A DNA stretch of 63,888 bases, counting the filler, from Olpidium bornovanus S191 (lineage: Eukaryota; Fungi; Olpidiomycota): assembly GCA_017911155.1 (NCBI GenBank). It is 27 parts of 27 records of this genome, joined end to end, with 100 filler letters (N's around TTAATTAATTAA, not from the genome) between each part and the next. Parts side by side here need not be neighbours in the genome. Positions count along the whole stretch, not along the records: positions 59,311 to 60,971 come from JAEFCI010010770.1; positions 61,072 to 63,888 come from JAEFCI010000099.1; 25 more parts are not named here. One strand, given 5' to 3'. Shown here one piece after another: positions 59,967-63,888 of this stretch. The notes below the pieces were generated by a model. The model had not been told where the DNA came from and made no database searches. It saw nothing but the letters and a program-made list of their open reading frames with translations. The first letter of the stretch is position 1. The number at the start of each line of letters is the position of its first letter. The position numbers and the translations under genes were made by a program.

Positions 59967-60971
59967 TTACTGGAGATAAATATGATGAGCCGCGGAGTAG
60001 CCAAAGCCGTCGGTCCCGATGGGCGGTACCAGGTCCGTGGTGTGACGCGCGTACGACGCCGCGGTCAGCGCGTCGGCCGCGCCAATTCCGCCGGCGAACT
60101 GCGTCGAAGGGATGGCGTCAGCGGCCGAGGCGGCGGCGGCGGCGGCGGCGGCGGCGCGCTTCAGGCGGAGTCCGGGGGGCACCGGCGGCGGAGGCAGGAA
60201 ATACGGCGTCGCGTCGGGATCCGTCTGGTGCGCGGCGGGCGCGGGGGAGGCCGGCCCGGGCAGCTCGGCCGGGACCGGACACGGGAACCGGAGATCTCGC
60301 ACGCCGAGCCCGTACAGCTCCGGCGGGACGGCGCCGCCGCCGACCGCGCGGTCGAGGAAACGTCCGGCCCCGGACGACGGCGGCGGAGACGGCGCGTCCC
60401 GCGCCGCGGGATCTCGCGCCCGGGCCACGGCCGGCGGCGCCGGCGGCTGCAGCAACAGCGACGTCGGCGGCTCCGCTTCGATTTCGTCGAGGACCGTGCC
60501 GACCGGCGGCGGGCTTCCGGCCCCCTGCGGCCGCGGGGAAAAGCCGTCGAAATCCAAGGCGTCCGCGAAAAATCGCCCGGCCCCGTCCGCGGGCAGGCAG
60601 TCGAAGTCGATGAAACCGGCCAGCGAAGCCAACGCGGCCCCGTCGGCGATGTCGCCGCCGAATATGCCCGAACCAGCGGTTTTGGCGAAGTCGGCGAAGC
60701 AGTCCAGCTGGTACTCGCCGAGGTGGTCCAAAACGGGGTCGAACCAGGCCTCGTCTCCGGCGATCGCGTCAGGCGGAGTGATCGAAAACGCGTCCGGCCA
60801 CATGAAATCAAAAATGTCCGGCGGACAGGACTCTGGCGGCGAAATGACCGCATCGGCCGGAGCCGAAGACCGGAAACGTCCTTTGGGATAGAGCGCGTCC
60901 ATGTCAGCGAGGAGCTGGCTGAACTCGAGCTTCTCGTCGAACTCGCGTCCGACCTCGGTGACGTCGGCGGG
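59967..60971 (-). CDS. Acidic/Pro-rich C-terminal region of an unknown protein (possibly a transcription factor), 5'-partial
   Basis: Open frame from the contig edge (PADVTEVGREFDEKLEFSQLLADMD...) to a stop at 59967, ~334 aa, with strong GC3 bias. Confidence 0.6.
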   Translation of the reverse strand, partial: PADVTEVGREFDEKLEFSQLLADMDALYPKGRFRSSAPADAVISPPESCPPDIFDFMWPDAFSITPPDAIAGDEAWFDPVLDHLGEYQLDCFADFAKTAGSGIFGGDIADGAALASLAGFIDFDCLPADGAGRFFADALDFDGFSPRPQGAGSPPPVGTVLDEIEAEPPTSLLLQPPAPPAVARARDPAARDAPSPPPSSGAGRFLDRAVGGGAVPPELYGLGVRDLRFPCPVPAELPGPASPAPAAHQTDPDATPYFLPPPPVPPGLRLKRAAAAAAAAASAADAIPSTQFAGGIGAADALTAASYARHTTDLVPPIGTDGFGYSAAHHIYLQ

Positions 60972-61071
60972 NNNNNNNNNNNNNNNNNNNNNNNNNNNNN
61001 NNNNNNNNNNNNNNNTTAATTAATTAANNNNNNNNNNNNNNNNNNNNNNNNNNNNNNNNNNNNNNNNNNNN

Positions 61072-62240
61072 CATGAACCAGTGAGCGGACGCCCCTGGCG
61101 ATCGCGCGCCCGATCCACAACGGAGGAAGACACGAGAGTTGCGCTATTTGATACTGCCGCGAGCTCCAAAACTGTCAGCGTTCCGCTGTCGCGGGGCTCG
61201 AGCGTGAATTTCCTTCTTCCGGACGACGCCCGGGGTATGGTGTTTGCCTTCTGCTTCAACTTGACCGTGAAGCGGCCTTTTTGGATGACATCGGTGGCAT
61301 TGGGCAGATATGGCAGGGACACGGCGGGTGCCGACTCTGGCCCCGCTATGGATCCCTCTATGGAGGTGTCCAACGGGCGATCCCTGCTGCCACCACTGGC
61401 TGCAACGTCGTTGGTGACGAGCTTCCTCAGCTTCCCGGCGTTCGCGGCGCCGATCTGGGAAACGCCCGCCCCGGCCTCCGCTGAAGCCACCGACTCCGGT
61501 TTAGCTTCCGATTGACCGACGCTGCTGCCGGTGCCGCCCGCGCCGAAAACCCGCTCGTCGATGACGAGATTCGGCGGTTTTTTGCCGCGGCCGTTGAAAG
61601 CGCGCCGCGTCAGGTCCCGAGCCAGCGCGCGAAGGCCGGCTGGCAGGCTCCTCGGCACGCCGCCACCGCCGCCGCCAGAATGCGTCAGCACCGTCGTCGA
61701 ATTGGTCTGGATCACGGGCGCCGGCGGGTCGAACGTCGTCGACTCTTCGGACGTTAGGCTGTCGCCGGAAAGCATCGGCCAGTGCGCGCGTCCCGGAGAC
61801 CGGCGGCCGGCCCGGACGGCCGGCTCGCCTCCGGTGGCGTTTCCGCTCTCGCGGGCGGCGCCGCGCGCGTTCGCGGACGGCGAGGACGCCGCGGCGAGCG
61901 AGGGCTGCAGGATCTTCGAGAGCTCTTCCGCCGGCCAGAAAGGAGGCGAAATTGCCTCGACGGGGCTCTTGCCCTCTCGGCTGCCACACTCCGGCGGATT
62001 CCGCAGTCGGACAGAAGACGAAGTCGCCTCCCGGAAGCTCCAGCTCCCTTGAGTACCGCCCCACGCCTCAGCATCCTCCGATAGGAAAGGTGTCGAAGTC
62101 GCATAAACGGTGCTTTCTCTTAGAAGCGAAGAGGCATCGGCGGAGCCCCTGATCCGCTCTCTGGCATCCGATGTCTCCACCTTCAGGCCATCGACAAACG
62201 GCATCCCTCCGGGGGAGGAACGGGCGACCCTTGAGCCTGC
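61072..62240 (-). CDS. Ser/Pro-rich low-complexity protein region with a KGRFTV motif, partial
   Basis: An open frame of ~390 codons runs to the contig edge. A probable acceptor lies near 62240. RFTV is at 61274-61263. Confidence 0.6.
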
Positions 62241-62994
62241 TAGTTTTTCAAATGTGGGGGATGGCCGCGACAACCGAAGACTTCATTTGTCTGCAGAACG
62301 GGGAAAGACTTGTCGCTGTTCGCCGGGAAGGTTTGCGATCTGTTAACGAAAACGGGGCGGATTTCCTGTTTGGGGAAACGAAATGGCGGGGATAGTACCT
62401 GGTCGAATAGGAGGGGCCGTCTCCGACTCCGCCAGGCCAAATTGTCGCCCCGAATGGGCGTTGTAAATTGCGGGCGGGAATTCTCCGATAGAGCGGCGGA
62501 ACACGCGCCAAGGCCTCCCGATTGGGCGGGGGATATTTCCGAGCAGCGACGGGGATGCGGGGGGGCGGATTTCGGGGCTGCGGGGCGGTGACTGGGCGGT
62601 GGCGGGGCGGTGGGAGGGGAAGGGGCAGGGGGGGGGCCGACGTTTATGCTTGGAAGGGATTGGCTGCCTCATTTCCACGACGCTCGGGCGCGGCCCTCCT
62701 GCAGGCCGTGGGCCCCGGTTGCGGGTTTGCGGGGACCTGGCGCAGGGCACGTGACACCGTGATTTCCTGACCCCTTTTATTGGTGCCTGCAAGCCTCTTC
62801 AACGACCACCCTTATCCCGCGAGAAACATTTTGATCGCGTGAACAACATTTTACACGTACCAATATGCGCATACTAACGGCAATTAGCGTTTCCGGCACG
62901 TCAATAACAACTGCAAACACCACCCAACAAAACCGCCAAGGCGGGAGGACAACCCCCGCCGATGCACCCGGGACACCCTTGAAGGCGAGCGTTC

Positions 62995-63270
62995 ATGGAC
63001 ACGACCATGGTATCTTACGCCGCGGTCGCGACTCGGCCTACCGACGAGGGATTCCTGCTCTTAAAGGGGGCCCTCGACGACCGCCGACTCCACGACCTGC
63101 CTCCACTATACGGACGCCTGCGTCAGCGGCCTGTGCGCAACACGACCGCCGCAATAACCTTCGCGGACGACCTCCAATGAGCCTACACGGAACGATTCGT
63201 CGTAACCCCCGAGGTCAAGGACGAAGTCATATTGGGGATCCCCTGGCTCCGGAAGCATAATGCCCCTGCT
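62995..63270 (+). mobile_element. Degenerate Ty3/gypsy aspartic protease relic
   Basis: ...ITFADDLQ*AYTERFVVTPEVKDEVILGIPWLRKHNA matches the retropepsin C-terminal DvILGxPWLxxhN motif. It has an in-frame stop and no intact DSG. Confidence 0.65.
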
Positions 63271-63888
63271 CTTGTCGAGCGGAGATTGCCGGGAGAAAAA
63301 TTTCCGAGCGCCGAGTAAAGGAAAACTTGCAACGAAAACAGGATGACTCGCTCGTCGCTCTCTCCCCCTCTCTCCCGATTCTTCTCCCCCCCCCTCCCCC
63401 CCGTTCGTGCACGGAACAAAAAAATACCTTTCTCGACGTCGGCCGTCAGCGAGTACGGCTGCGAGTCACGTTTTCCTTTTCTCTCTTTCGTTTTGTGACG
63501 GTGCCGGGGGCGTTGGAGGTGTTGCTTGCCGACCGGGAGGGCCTGCAGAAATTGTGCCAACACGCGTTATCCTGGCCTGAGGAGCCACGCGTGTGGGACC
63601 GGCTCAGGGCCCTCCTCGGAGGTCGGGAGATCCGCTACCCTCGTGTGCAAGAAGCTTGGGGACGTCGGGCCAAGCCTGGGCGCCCGCGAGTTATGGCGCG
63701 TCGTCAGGGAGCCCCTGTCTGCCTCATTTTCCCGCACCGACCGGAGCTGCGTGCGCAGTGCCTGGGAAAGTTCATGTCAAGCCTTCCGTGCGAGAAGGTG
63801 CCCGCGACCGCGGAATGCGTCTCCCTGTCGTGCCTGCGGGAGATCGATCCGGAGCGCAAGATTCAGGAATGCTGGATCTTTGATGCGG

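Overview
This window is not one locus. It is 27 short (~1.2-7.8 kb) assembly contigs joined by 26 artificial 100-nt linkers (44 N + TTAATTAATTAA + 44 N), so neighbours across linkers are not physically linked. The DNA is GC-rich, intron-dense fungal nuclear DNA (KilA-N/ankyrin SBF-MBF factor, DUF1748 protein, fungal secreted family). A SPEF1/CLAMP-type flagellar gene points to a zoosporic fungus (Olpidium/chytrid-like; inference only). Recognisable genes: mitochondrial carrier, DUF1748, USP39/SAD1, SDE2, APC2, TYS1, RPF2, MBP1/SWI4-like, TIM8, a TPR protein, MLH3, a CDP-DAG synthase, SPEF1-like and a secreted protein. Also present are decayed ISWI and WDR61/SKI8 copies, Ty1/copia and Ty3/gypsy relics, a TA-flanked MITE in two contigs, a degenerate tRNA and several minisatellites. 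The strongest leads are a bacterial-type CdsA with four spliceosomal introns (possibly fused to an unknown N-terminal domain), a copia element with a 119-bp LTR and a Ty5-type internal-tRNAiMet primer site nested in another copia, and a divergent SPEF1 with a GC-AG intron. All calls are by eye from motifs and splice phases; no database searches were run. I see no clear evidence of a wholly new multi-gene system.
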